The notes below the pieces were generated by a model. The model was not told where the DNA came from. It worked only from the letters and a program-made list of their open reading frames with translations, and did no database searches. Below, piece after piece: positions 29,729 through 39,785 of a DNA stretch of 64,000 nt. The stretch spans positions 1-64,000 of the forward strand of contig CAXBME010000021.1 in the NCBI GenBank assembly GCA_963976765.1. The letters run 5' to 3'. This DNA is from an uncultured Planctomycetaceae bacterium. Its GTDB lineage: Bacteria > Planctomycetota > Planctomycetia > Planctomycetales > Planctomycetaceae. The position numbers were made by a program, and so were the translations under genes. Position 1 is the first letter of the stretch, and every line of letters begins with the position of its first letter.

Positions 29729-31149
29729 CTCACCCATTCAACGCATCATCAAACAACGCCTGTCCCGGTCCAGACAGTCGTCGGGGCTTCATGAAAATGG
29801 GGCTGGCCGGTTTCGCATCGCTCAGTCTTCCAGGCATGCTGCGACTCAAAGCGGCCAGCGCGGCGTCGCAGACGATCAAAGAGAAGACAGCTGTAATCAT
29901 GGTCTGGAAGCCGGGCGGCTGTTCACACATCGACACGTACGATCCGAAACCGCAGGCCGGCAGCGAGTATCGCGGACCGTTCAGTACCATTCCGACTGCC
30001 GTGCCCGGCATGCACTTCACAGAACTGCTGCCGCTGCAGGCGAAGATTGCCGACAAGTTCACCGTTCTGCGTTCGATGCGTCAGGGAGCAGGCGGGCATC
30101 CTGCCGGTTCGATGCAAATGTTGTCGGGCGATTCGGATACCCGCGACAAACCAAAACCGCGACTGCCGGACTGGATGTCCGTCACCAATTATTTGCGTTC
30201 TCTGGAAGGGCCGCGAACTGTGCCCCTGCCAGCGTACGTGGGGGTTAATCCCCCGACTTCGTACAACGGTCCGGCCTATCTTGGTGATGCCTATTCGCCG
30301 TTTTCCGTCACCGGTGACCCGAACAGTCCGAACTTTGTTGTGCCGAACATCGGCCTGACCGACCAGACGGAAGTCAAACATCTGGGACGTCGAGCATCAC
30401 TCAGGCAGAATCTGGACACGCTGGAACGAGCGTTCGATCAGGCCGGTGAACTGCAGGCGCTGGACGAGTTCGAAACCCAGGCTATGACTCTGCTCACCAA
30501 CCCGAAAACTAAAGACGCCTTCGACCTGACCCAGGAAGACGACCGAACTCGAGACCGTTACGGACGCAACACCTGGGGGCAGCAACTTTTACTGGCTCGC
30601 CGTCTGGTGGAAGCCGGCGTCGAAGTTCTGACTTCCAGCCTGAGAGGCCCATTGTGTGGTCGTGTCCAGAACTGGGACGACCACGCGGTGAACCATCACG
30701 TCTTTGACGCAATGCGTTTCCGCGCTCAAGCTTACGATCAGGCTGTCTCTGCATTGATCGAAGACATTTACGATCGAGGGCTCGACAAGCGAGTGCTCGT
30801 GGTCGTGACCGGCGAATTCGGTCGCACTCCGAAGATCAATTACCAGCCGAGCACTGGCGCCGGAAACGCCAGCGCTCCGGCGGGCACAAAGCAACCCGGT
30901 CGCGATCACTGGCCACGAGCTTTCTCGAACATCTGGGCCGGCGGCGGCATCGAAACGGGTCGCTTCATTGGCGCGACCGACAAACGTGGCGAGGACTCGA
31001 TCGAGCGAATCTGCAGTGCTGGTGACTTCCTCGCAACAATCTACCACCATCTCGGCATCGATTCCTCAAAGATCGCCATCGAAGACTTCAACGGTCGCCC
31101 GACACCGATCGTCGACCAGGGGCGACCGATTCCTGAGCTGATCGGTTAA
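29725..31149 (+). CDS. DUF1501 protein, Tat-exported
   Basis: SRRGFMK twin-arginine signal; GG.SHIDTYDPKP, LLARRLVEAGV, GEFGRTP, GRDHWP. Confidence 0.95.
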   Translation: MTHPFNASSNNACPGPDSRRGFMKMGLAGFASLSLPGMLRLKAASAASQTIKEKTAVIMVWKPGGCSHIDTYDPKPQAGSEYRGPFSTIPTAVPGMHFTELLPLQAKIADKFTVLRSMRQGAGGHPAGSMQMLSGDSDTRDKPKPRLPDWMSVTNYLRSLEGPRTVPLPAYVGVNPPTSYNGPAYLGDAYSPFSVTGDPNSPNFVVPNIGLTDQTEVKHLGRRASLRQNLDTLERAFDQAGELQALDEFETQAMTLLTNPKTKDAFDLTQEDDRTRDRYGRNTWGQQLLLARRLVEAGVEVLTSSLRGPLCGRVQNWDDHAVNHHVFDAMRFRAQAYDQAVSALIEDIYDRGLDKRVLVVVTGEFGRTPKINYQPSTGAGNASAPAGTKQPGRDHWPRAFSNIWAGGGIETGRFIGATDKRGEDSIERICSAGDFLATIYHHLGIDSSKIAIEDFNGRPTPIVDQGRPIPELIG

Positions 31150-31259
31150 GCGAACCTATCCGTAGTCCCTGTAAGCTGGAACAAGCTCCGCGCGGCTCCA
31201 GCAGCACAAGCTCTGAAACTGCGCGAAGCGTGGCCCTGTCTGCTTCTCTATTGACGAGC

Positions 31260-32290
31260 TTATTTGTTGAACCACTCGTCGATCGAGAATCGCAGGAAGT
31301 GAAGTTCGCCGGAGCCTTCATAGAGGACTCCGATGTGGTCAGCATCGATCCGCATAAGCGTTGAATAGCCGCCGCTGCCGGAGTGTTCGTCGTACAGCGT
31401 GTGCCATTTTTCTGGCCACGTCATACCTTCGTCGTCGCTGACTTTGATCGTGAATTTTAATCGCCTGCGAGTCGTGTTCGGGTTCGAAAAACAGCAGCGG
31501 GCCATGCATTGGATGAACGACTCGCAGGATGTCGGCGTTGCAGACCGGCTCGGGGAGAGCTTTTCCGGGACGTTGGGTGGTCTGTCCACGTTTTGCCCAG
31601 GTCAGTCGTGGTGTAGATGCTGCGCGAGCCACGCCGATTTTTCACCGGACATTTGACTTGTCCGTGTCCAGCTTGACGGTTTCTTTGCCATCGAGCTGAA
31701 TGCTGGCACATATTGCGGCAACAGATTTATCCAGTCTGCCGTCGGGAGAGAGTTCGCCCGTCAACGGGAAGATGTTTGAGCCGGGCAGCAGATCAATGTC
31801 TATCTTGAAACGAGCATCGAGTCCCGCCTTCAGTGACCGGTTCTGAAAACGAACTTCGCGAAGGAAGTCGCTACCTGACGGAAAAAGGAATTCGAAGCCG
31901 GTCAGCTTCCGTGGAGCCAGGCTACCTTCCGTTTCGATTTCCAGTTGCAGCAACGGGACGTTTTCTGACCGATCAGCATCAGTACCGTCTGCAGTGCAAC
32001 CAGCACGCGAGTCACAGTCATAGGTTTCGCTTCGACGAAATTCATCTCGTCGATCAGCACTCCCGTACCGGGCGGCGATGCGCAGATCATGCAGAAACAG
32101 CAGGCACCTTCGGTGCAGTGAGACCTCGACTCGATTGCGATACGGGCGACCAACTTTCACCGACGTGTCGCCGTTGCAGATCGCCAGCCATTTGTCGCCA
32201 AACCAGGTTTCGATCCGGAAGGAAAACGGTGCTCGGCTGGTCCAGCGTTCGACGGCAAACGTCAACCGGTCAAAAAGATCGCAGTGGGAA
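31260..32290 (-). pseudogene. Degraded exo-alpha-sialidase (BNR/Asp-box) gene
   Basis: Asp boxes TTDLGKTW and SDDEGMTW, the GYSTL and GVLYEG motifs, and N-terminal pieces (ERWTSRAPFSFRIE; GVLIDE; PLLQLEIETEGSL) are spread over different frames. The middle of the catalytic domain is missing. Confidence 0.8.
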
Positions 32291-32363
32291 ACACAGGCCA
32301 CTACCGTCACCACAAAAAAACGCGATCGAGTATTCCATTCACCGATTCCGTTCAGTCGAGGTT

Positions 32364-32783
32364 TCAAGCAAGCAGTTGCCACGCCGCCGACAACGTAAGG
32401 CCAGCAGCCAGCAGAACAGCTCCCAGGCATCCCGAGCCGGATGGCGACGTAAGGCCACTGTCAACGCCGATCTGGTCGACAAGTTCTTTGGATTCTTTGA
32501 GGCTGCGTCCCGTGCGTTCGCGAACCAGTTTAATGGCCAGTAACGCGTTACCCTGCCCAAGCAGTTCTTTCACCTCGTCAGCCAGTCCCGAGTCATCTGC
32601 TGCGGCATACTCTCCCTGTGACTGAGCGCCGGCCAACGGATCGCCTGCAGCCAGAGCTTCAACCGCGTCTTTCGCTTCGGCCAGCCCGGCACCTGTTTTC
32701 TCGCGGTAAGTTTTGATCGCCTGAATCTTGTTGCCGGAATTGAGCAACTGTCGAATCTCTTCCTCAAGGTCTTCCTGAGTCAT
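32364..32783 (-). CDS. Membrane protein with two L7/L12 C-terminal-like domains
   Basis: KIQAIKTYREKTGAGLAEAKDAVE and LLAIKLVRERTGRSLKESKELVD; C-terminal hydrophobic tail; ATG 32783 with RBS. Confidence 0.8.
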   Translation of the reverse strand: MTQEDLEEEIRQLLNSGNKIQAIKTYREKTGAGLAEAKDAVEALAAGDPLAGAQSQGEYAAADDSGLADEVKELLGQGNALLAIKLVRERTGRSLKESKELVDQIGVDSGLTSPSGSGCLGAVLLAAGLTLSAAWQLLA

Positions 32784-33085
32784 CACGGTCCCCCTTGCTT
32801 TGGCATCTGAAGCTGGCGAATTCGAAAAACGAATCGGTCGCCTGACGAACGATCGCAATCTCATGATGAAACCTCAAGGCAGCCACTCATTGATCAATGC
32901 TGTCGTCGCGGCCTCTGTATTCGGTGGCGACAACTCAACCCGGCAACTTTGCGTTAATGCTGCCGGCATGCCGAATTACCCTGACGGTTACTCGGAACGA
33001 TCTTGAAGACGTATCCGGATTGATCGCGAAGTATTCGCTTCGGTCGAATCTCGCCGCAGGTCAGGAGAATGTGCGACTTCGTTGG

Positions 33086-34162
33086 TCACACAAAAAAGAG
33101 TGACTGCACAGTGACCCAGCGGACGGTCACCAGCGTCAGGACCATGCAGAGCCACCAGGAAGCAACCTGGGCGCCGTGGTAGTTTTTCAGCTTCCACAAC
33201 AGGCCGGCTCCGAGGCATGTCGCCGAGATTTTAAAGGCAGCCAGTGCGGCGGGTGCGAGAATTAAACCGACTCCGAAGGGGTTGGTCTCCTCAACGTGTC
33301 CGGTTTTCAGAGCCAGCAGCGTCGCGACGAGATCAAACAAACTGTACGCCGCAATCAGTACCAGGCATCGCCGCATGGCTGAAAGCGTACGGGGCGACCT
33401 GACGATGCGGGACCAGCTTCCCGAGTTCTTTGGCGGATGGCCGAGCAGCGTGCCGGCGGACAAAGCAATCAGCAACATACCAACAACGGACAGGCCGTAC
33501 ATCGTTTGCGTTGAATCGTGAACCTTTAGACCGGACTGTGATTCTTCGCCGGAAATGACATCGATCTGTGCCATTTCATTTTCATATTCAAGGTACTGCT
33601 CAGCGAAACTCTGATCAGGCTCGAAGTCTTCCAGAGCAATTCTCCATTCGGCCGTTGTCACGTTACCGACGCCTTCGAGTTCTGCGTTCAAAATCAACTC
33701 GATCTTTCGATGGAGAGAACTTGCGCGAGCCAGCTCTCCAAGTAACTGCACACAACCCTCATCATCGACAACCGCCACGATGTTCGTACCGAATGTCATG
33801 ACGTATCGATTGTTGAACAGTTCTCGTTCGATGCGCGCCATTATGTTGCGAGAATCAATCGCCATGCCGCCAACCGCGACAGCAACAGCCTCTCCATTAA
33901 TAAAAACGCAATTATCCGTTCGAGAAACCACGAGTGGCGATTCCAGTCTGTGACCCCGAATGATTGCCGTTCCCTGCTCGATCGCGATTCCTCGGACTTC
34001 GCCAGGCATTACTTTGGGGCCAGATTCGACGGCTGAATCGGCAATTAAAAAAGCTGTGCTTAAAGTCGCCGCCTGAGGTTGAGACTGAACGTCTTCGCCA
34101 CAGACAGCCTGTCCCGACACAAGCAACAGCGCAGCGCCGAACGCAATCGAAAGTAGAAGCAT
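33086..34162 (-). CDS. Signal-peptide protein with C-terminal DUF5658-like membrane domain
   Basis: N-terminal signal; C-terminal TMs with LFDLVATLLAL..G..EETNPF and AFK. Confidence 0.7.
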   Translation of the reverse strand: MLLLSIAFGAALLLVSGQAVCGEDVQSQPQAATLSTAFLIADSAVESGPKVMPGEVRGIAIEQGTAIIRGHRLESPLVVSRTDNCVFINGEAVAVAVGGMAIDSRNIMARIERELFNNRYVMTFGTNIVAVVDDEGCVQLLGELARASSLHRKIELILNAELEGVGNVTTAEWRIALEDFEPDQSFAEQYLEYENEMAQIDVISGEESQSGLKVHDSTQTMYGLSVVGMLLIALSAGTLLGHPPKNSGSWSRIVRSPRTLSAMRRCLVLIAAYSLFDLVATLLALKTGHVEETNPFGVGLILAPAALAAFKISATCLGAGLLWKLKNYHGAQVASWWLCMVLTLVTVRWVTVQSLFFV

Positions 34163-34450
34163 GGCGGTACCCCTGGGCGAACTGGTGGCCGCGTGGTCTG
34201 AAAGAGTCCGGTATTGCCAGACAGCAAGGCTAACGATCAGGCAAGACCGTCCAGCCAGTACAGAATCAGTTATCGCTTAAGACGCGGAAATCACTCGCGT
34301 TCGTTTAAGAATTTTCTGAAATTACAGAAACCCGCCTGATGCGGCGATGTTTGTTCATCATCAGGAGGCAGGAACCAGTGGCCTCCGAAAGGCCACCCGG
34401 TACTCCCGCCCGGTTTCTGAAATTCGTTACCAGGCTCGGCGGAAATTCAG

Positions 34451-37375
34451 CTATGACCGCGTGACCGTCTCGTGCAGATTCAGAATGACTCGAGCCACTG
34501 ATGCCCAGGCAGCCGTTTCGGCAACGTTTCCTTCTGCCGGAGCCGATGACTCACCGACGCTCAGGAACGATCGGGCGGCCTGGTCGTCAGCGATGAACCG
34601 TTTGAGGTTGCTCTCATAGACGGCTGAAAGAATGCCAACTTCGCGGTCGGTGGCTCGCCGCGACAAAGCCACTCGGAAGGCCCACTGGATCCGGTCCTGC
34701 GTCGATGTGCCTCCTTCGTGAAAAACCCGAGCACCGAAAACTCGAGCGGCTTCCACATACGTCGGATCGTTCAACAGAACGAGTGCCTGTTGAGGGATGT
34801 TGGAACGGGGCCGTTCGACGGTACATTCTTCGCGGCTGGGAGCATCGAAGGCGACCATGCTCGGGTGCAGGAACATTCTTTGCCACCACGTGTAAAGACC
34901 TCGCCGATAGAGCGCATCCCCCTTATCGCCAGGCCATTTCCTCGCGGGGAAATTCATGTGACGCCAGTACCCGGCTGGCTGATAGGGATACGTGCTGCGA
35001 CCGCCGATCTTTTCGACAAGTAATCCACTGATGGCCAGAGCGTTGTCACGAACTATTTCTGCTTCAATCCGAAAACGCGACTGACGTGCATAAAGTTTGT
35101 TGTACGGGTCAAGCCTTCGCAGCTCGTCCGATGCAATCGACGCCTGACGATACGTCGCTGAAGTCACCAGCAGTCGAATCATTTTTTTCGTGTCCCATTG
35201 GCTGTCCATGAACTCGATGGCCAGCCAGTCGAGCAGCTCTGGATGAGTTGGCAACGCGCCTTGCCGACCGAGATCGTCCAGCGGCGTCGCGAGACCGCTA
35301 CCGAAGTAGAGTTTCCAGAGTCGATTAACGAACGTTCGCGCGGTCAGCGGGTTATCTCGAGAAACGATCCACTTCGCGAGGTCCAGCCGGTCTGCTCGTC
35401 CATCTTCAGGAATGCTTCCCAGGAATTCAGGAATGGCCGACGTCATGACCGGGCCGGTTTCATCGAGCCAGTTTCCGCGAGGCAGCAATCGAATCGGTCG
35501 TGGATTCACCGACTTTGTCATCAACGTACGCGGAATCGATTTTTCGTAGGCGGCCTTTTCGTTGCTCAGCCTCGCGATTTCGTCGCGAACAGGCTTCAAC
35601 TCTGGAGCGACCGTTCGAAAGTACGCCGCGACTTCATTCTTCTGGCTATCGCTCCGTAACTCGGCGGCAACTTTCAGAGCGGTAACAACGTTGGCCGGAA
35701 CTCCGACGACTTTCGCGTTGAAGTAGAAGCCGCCCGCTCCGCCTGCATTCACCACTTTGATAAGAATGTCGTTGTCGCCTTTCGTCAGTTGAATCTTGAC
35801 CTTGTCCTGACCCGGAGCGACTCCACGTTGCACCTTATTGGCGTGTACCTGTTTGCCATTCACCCAGACGGCAATCGCATCGTCGCTGCCGAGTGACAAT
35901 TCGGTCTCAAGATCAGAAGGAACCGTCGCGGTTCGATAGAAGTACCACGACGAGTTCTCACCAGACAGCGGATAGGCCGAGCCGTCTTTCAGTTTGTCCT
36001 GCGTCGTCCACTTGACCTTGCCGAATGTCTGCTTGAGATCAACCTTCGCTTCCGGGCCAAAGTCCTTCGACCATGCTTCTTCGAAACCTGCCGCCTTAAA
36101 TGGTCCGAGCATCTGCCATGTCGAAAACGCCGCCGAAGTTTCAAGATCGGCAAGCGTTGCAGCTTCCCACTTCGCCTGCGCGGCGATGAGTTCGAGCGTC
36201 GACTTGTTCAGTTCACCGTTCGCGGCAGCGAGCTGACGCTCGAAGTCTGCAAGCTTCTGCTGAACCGCGTCGTCGATCACCGGGTACGTTCGAGGATTGC
36301 CGACAGCGATCTCGCTGATGTCGGCGAAGAAGGAGCCGAAGCTGTAAAAATCCTTCATCGTGAAAGGATCGTACTTGTGGTCGTGACATTCGCAGCAGCC
36401 CATCGTCGAGCCTAGAAAAATCTGCGACGTGTTGCGAACACGGTCGGCCATGTACTTGGCAAGGTACTCCTTCGCCTGCGCACCGCCCTCGCTGGTGGTT
36501 TGAAGCAGCATGTTGAAGCCCGACGCGACCTGCTGCTCAATGCCGCTTTCGGGAAGCAGGTCTCCAGCAAGCTGTTCGACGACAAACTGATCGTACGGCT
36601 TGTTTGAGTTGAACGCGTTGATCACGTAGTCGCGGTACGGAGCGGACTGACGCGCCTCGTCCGAGTGGTATCCGTTGCTGTCTGCGTAGCGGACGACGTC
36701 CAGCCAGTAGATAGCAAGCCGCTCTCCGAAGTGCTTCGACGAAAGCAGGCGGTCGACCAGCTTCTCGTACTTCTGAGGATCCTTGCTGGTAAGATAGGCA
36801 TCAACATCTTCGAGCTTCGGCGGCAGGCCAATCAGGTCAAAGAACAGCCGCCGGACAAGAGTTGTTTCTTCGGCCTGTTTCGAGGGCACCAGGCCCGCGG
36901 CTTCGACGCGTCGCAAAACGAACCGGTCAACGTCGTTCAGGACAGCATCCTGATGTTTGACGGCTGGTGGCGTGACTTTGGCCGGAGGGACATAAGCCCA
37001 GTGAGTCGCCCACTTCGCCCCCTGTTCGACCCAGCTTTGAAGCACGACTTTCTGAGCGTCCGTAAGTTGCTTCTTCGATTCCGGAGGCGGCATCCGGTCG
37101 TCGTCGTCCTTCGACAGAATTCGCCGAATGAGTTCGCTGTCGAGCGGCTTACCGGGCACGATCAATGGCGTTTCACGTTTCGCGAAGACCGAGTCTTCCT
37201 GGTCGAGTCGCAGTTCAGCTTCTCGAGTATTTGCGTCCGGTCCGTGGCACGTAAAGCAAAGGTCCGACAGAATCGGTCGAACGTCGCGATTGAAGTCAAC
37301 GTCGTCGGCAGCTTCAACGGAAGCAACTATGCAGGAAACTGAAAACGCGATGGCAAAGACGGATCGATATTTCAT
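34451..37375 (-). CDS. Planctomycete cytochrome c / DUF1549 / DUF1553 protein with an inserted beta-sandwich domain
   Basis: DFNRDVRPILSDLCFTCHGPD, CCECHDHKYDP, PTHPELLDWLA; insert WQMLGPF...LGSDDAIAVWVNG...ILIKVVN.GGAGGFYF. Confidence 0.93.
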   Translation of the reverse strand: MKYRSVFAIAFSVSCIVASVEAADDVDFNRDVRPILSDLCFTCHGPDANTREAELRLDQEDSVFAKRETPLIVPGKPLDSELIRRILSKDDDDRMPPPESKKQLTDAQKVVLQSWVEQGAKWATHWAYVPPAKVTPPAVKHQDAVLNDVDRFVLRRVEAAGLVPSKQAEETTLVRRLFFDLIGLPPKLEDVDAYLTSKDPQKYEKLVDRLLSSKHFGERLAIYWLDVVRYADSNGYHSDEARQSAPYRDYVINAFNSNKPYDQFVVEQLAGDLLPESGIEQQVASGFNMLLQTTSEGGAQAKEYLAKYMADRVRNTSQIFLGSTMGCCECHDHKYDPFTMKDFYSFGSFFADISEIAVGNPRTYPVIDDAVQQKLADFERQLAAANGELNKSTLELIAAQAKWEAATLADLETSAAFSTWQMLGPFKAAGFEEAWSKDFGPEAKVDLKQTFGKVKWTTQDKLKDGSAYPLSGENSSWYFYRTATVPSDLETELSLGSDDAIAVWVNGKQVHANKVQRGVAPGQDKVKIQLTKGDNDILIKVVNAGGAGGFYFNAKVVGVPANVVTALKVAAELRSDSQKNEVAAYFRTVAPELKPVRDEIARLSNEKAAYEKSIPRTLMTKSVNPRPIRLLPRGNWLDETGPVMTSAIPEFLGSIPEDGRADRLDLAKWIVSRDNPLTARTFVNRLWKLYFGSGLATPLDDLGRQGALPTHPELLDWLAIEFMDSQWDTKKMIRLLVTSATYRQASIASDELRRLDPYNKLYARQSRFRIEAEIVRDNALAISGLLVEKIGGRSTYPYQPAGYWRHMNFPARKWPGDKGDALYRRGLYTWWQRMFLHPSMVAFDAPSREECTVERPRSNIPQQALVLLNDPTYVEAARVFGARVFHEGGTSTQDRIQWAFRVALSRRATDREVGILSAVYESNLKRFIADDQAARSFLSVGESSAPAEGNVAETAAWASVARVILNLHETVTRS

Positions 37376-37488
37376 AGTCAAAGCGACTTTCCGTTTCGAA
37401 CGGTTGGCAAAGTAGTGACGCAGCCTTGCAAGAGTGTATCAGACTGCAGGCCGTCGCAAACTTGTACCAGCCTGAGTGAGCCAGCCTC

Positions 37489-38586
37489 ATGATCACGATT
37501 CCAGACTATCTGCCGCGGCAGGTCAACTCGGGGCGATGGGTGACGGCGTACACCCTGTTTGAACTTTGTGAACGACTTGCGTCGACACGGTTCGTTTTGC
37601 CGGTCTGCTCGCTGGGAACCTCGTACGCCGACCTTGAGGCCAGAGTTGCCGACGACGAGCTGCTGCTACCGCCGCTTTTTCACGAGGCCATGACTGACGA
37701 TCTGCGTGACTCGATGATCTCGCGCATCAAGGCGTGCTTTCCGTTGTACGAGTTGTCCGACAACGCGGCGGAACATTCAGAGCGGCTTCGCGTTGAGATT
37801 CACGATCCTCGACCGTTGCCCGAAATTTCTTCGCCGAAGATCCTCGCCTTCAGCGTCGACACCGCCGTGGAAGAACACGGCCCGCACCTGCCGCTGGCGA
37901 CGGACACGGTTCAGAGTTACTCCGTTCTTCTTCAACTTGAAAAAGAACTTGACGGCTTCGTAGCCGGGCAACCCGTCGAGTACGGACACCTGACGTGGGG
38001 ACTGCCTTTCGGGATGAGCATCGATCTGACTCCGGAACTGTTGACTCGATACGTCATCAGTTATGCCAACGCGATGCTTGACTGGCAGCGTCCCGGGACG
38101 GTGTACGTGGTCGACGTTCACGGTTCGATCGTGCATCGCAAAGCGATTATTGCTGGCCTTGAGCAAAGCCGCGTCGAACGCTGGGCCTTTCGCTGGCTGC
38201 ACGAGCCGCTGATCGAATTCGCTTCCGAACGTGGCGATCAACACGCCGGCGGCGTCGAAACCGTGCTGGTCGAACAGGCGAATCCAGCTCTCATCGACGA
38301 CCGCTGGTTTCCGTCGCGGATTGCTGACATCGAAGCCGCGCAGATGACTCTTGAGAGAGCCGTCGAGCTGACTCCGGATCTTCGTCAGTTCATCAGGCAC
38401 GTCGACGAAACAGGAGCCAACGGAATCGTTGGGAAGATTCGGAATTACGAAACGCTCGACGGAGCGGCGATGTTCGAAACGATGCTGTCGGTGGCTCGTG
38501 GCGACGTTCGTAACCTGCTTGAAGGCTCACTGAACACCAACCAGCACATTGCCGGCGACAGCCCCTGGGAACGCGACAAGGTTTAA
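37489..38586 (+). CDS. Creatininase-family amidohydrolase with N-terminal extension
   Basis: EEHGPHLPLATD, VDVHGS, DQHAGGVET. Confidence 0.85.
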   Translation: MITIPDYLPRQVNSGRWVTAYTLFELCERLASTRFVLPVCSLGTSYADLEARVADDELLLPPLFHEAMTDDLRDSMISRIKACFPLYELSDNAAEHSERLRVEIHDPRPLPEISSPKILAFSVDTAVEEHGPHLPLATDTVQSYSVLLQLEKELDGFVAGQPVEYGHLTWGLPFGMSIDLTPELLTRYVISYANAMLDWQRPGTVYVVDVHGSIVHRKAIIAGLEQSRVERWAFRWLHEPLIEFASERGDQHAGGVETVLVEQANPALIDDRWFPSRIADIEAAQMTLERAVELTPDLRQFIRHVDETGANGIVGKIRNYETLDGAAMFETMLSVARGDVRNLLEGSLNTNQHIAGDSPWERDKV

Positions 38587-38684
38587 AACTGAAGCGAAGG
38601 ATCCCGACGAAGAATCAGCAATAAACCGGATGATCCGCCTGATCGGAATCCTTCGAGAGTGGCAAACAACAAACAGTTTGAAAG

Positions 38685-38705
38685 ATGTGTGCCACTGGCA
38701 CACAT
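38685..38705. repeat. Perfect palindrome ATGTGTGCCA-C-TGGCACACAT, probably a collapsed REP-like element
   Basis: 10-bp arms; same GTGCCAC/TGGCAC ends as 47882-47955. Confidence 0.65.
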
Positions 38706-38735
38706 GAGAAAACCGGATCCGTTTGTCATTGGGGC

Positions 38736-39785
38736 TTAGAATTCGCCGAGCGTTTGTCCGTCGGATCGGCGCATCAGGTTTGTGTAGATGGTTGGGTCGA
38801 TATTCTCGTGAAGAAACCGGACTGTTCCGTCGCCGAGCACCACCTGACAGCCTCCGGTGTGCCAGCTGCTGAATCCTGCGGTGACTCGATCGGATAATCC
38901 CAGTGGCTCGCCGCGCACGTCCCGATTAATTCCGAAAAACGGAAGTGACTTACGGCTCGCCGGACTTTGGAGGCCAGGAATGTTGCCTTTAACCGGGAGT
39001 TCTCCAGTCTTCGACTCGATCTCTTCGGGGGTTCGTTCAGTCAGACCACCCGTCGAAGTCGCAACAACCACTAACGGGCTAACTGCATCGACATTCGGAA
39101 TGCCTGCCCAATAACTGTTGAAGTTTCCTTCCACGCGTCCCGCTGACCATTCACCAGCGTTTTCAGACATTCGCCGCTCGCCAACAAGGATGACGTTTGA
39201 CATTCCATCGTGGACGTCATGGATGCTAACGCTCGTGTTCTGACCGAAAATACCCTGACAATGTTGCGGATCGACCAGTTCTCCTTCTGAGCTATCCAGC
39301 ATTGAGTCTGTCGTCGGGAGCCCGACTCCGAAATTGCCGACGTAATTCGTTGTGCCAAGTTTCGGAATCCAACGAGACATTGCCTGATCGATGCCCCTGT
39401 CGGTTGGGCAGCGTGTTGCGGACAGAATACTTGCTGCAAGTTGCGGGTTGTCGCTTTGCGGGTCACCCAGCTTCGCGTTCGAGTCAAATTTTTTGAACAA
39501 CGGAGCCTGGTCGAAGTAAGGCAGAATCTGGAAGTTCCAACCGAAGCTCGATGATTGACCTTTCGCTTCTGAGGCAACCCAACCAGGCGGAAGCGTTCTG
39601 TGAACATCGTGGTAGTTCATCAGCGAGAGGCCGATATGCTTAAGGTTGTTTTTGCATTGCGAACGTCGTGCCGACTCACGGGTCCGGCGAGTTGCGGGCA
39701 ACAGCAGCGCTGCCAGCACAAGGAGGATCAGGATCGTGACAACAACTTCGACCAACGTCAGTCCGTTTCGGTTTCTGCTGCGCAT
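38736..39785 (-). CDS. DUF1559 prepilin-like protein
   Basis: NGLTLVEVVVTILILLVLAALLLPA...ARRSQCKNNLK; DGMSN.ILVGER; HTGGCQVVLGDG. ATG 39785 follows AAGGAG. Confidence 0.93.
   Translation of the reverse strand: MRSRNRNGLTLVEVVVTILILLVLAALLLPATRRTRESARRSQCKNNLKHIGLSLMNYHDVHRTLPPGWVASEAKGQSSSFGWNFQILPYFDQAPLFKKFDSNAKLGDPQSDNPQLAASILSATRCPTDRGIDQAMSRWIPKLGTTNYVGNFGVGLPTTDSMLDSSEGELVDPQHCQGIFGQNTSVSIHDVHDGMSNVILVGERRMSENAGEWSAGRVEGNFNSYWAGIPNVDAVSPLVVVATSTGGLTERTPEEIESKTGELPVKGNIPGLQSPASRKSLPFFGINRDVRGEPLGLSDRVTAGFSSWHTGGCQVVLGDGTVRFLHENIDPTIYTNLMRRSDGQTLGEF

Noticed and set aside
31642..32543. 262-aa (-) and 236-aa (+) ORFs as real genes
   Set aside because: The first is a chimeric frame of the sialidase pseudogene, and the second is its antisense shadow.
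32364..32783. Genuine ribosomal protein rplL
   Set aside because: It lacks the N-terminal dimerisation domain, has a duplicated C-terminal domain and a TM tail, and is outside the rplJ-rpoB context.
34370..34420. Hairpin GTGGCCT/AGGCCAC as an ncRNA
   Set aside because: It lies just downstream of a minus-strand gene and is most simply a 3' stabilising or terminator hairpin.
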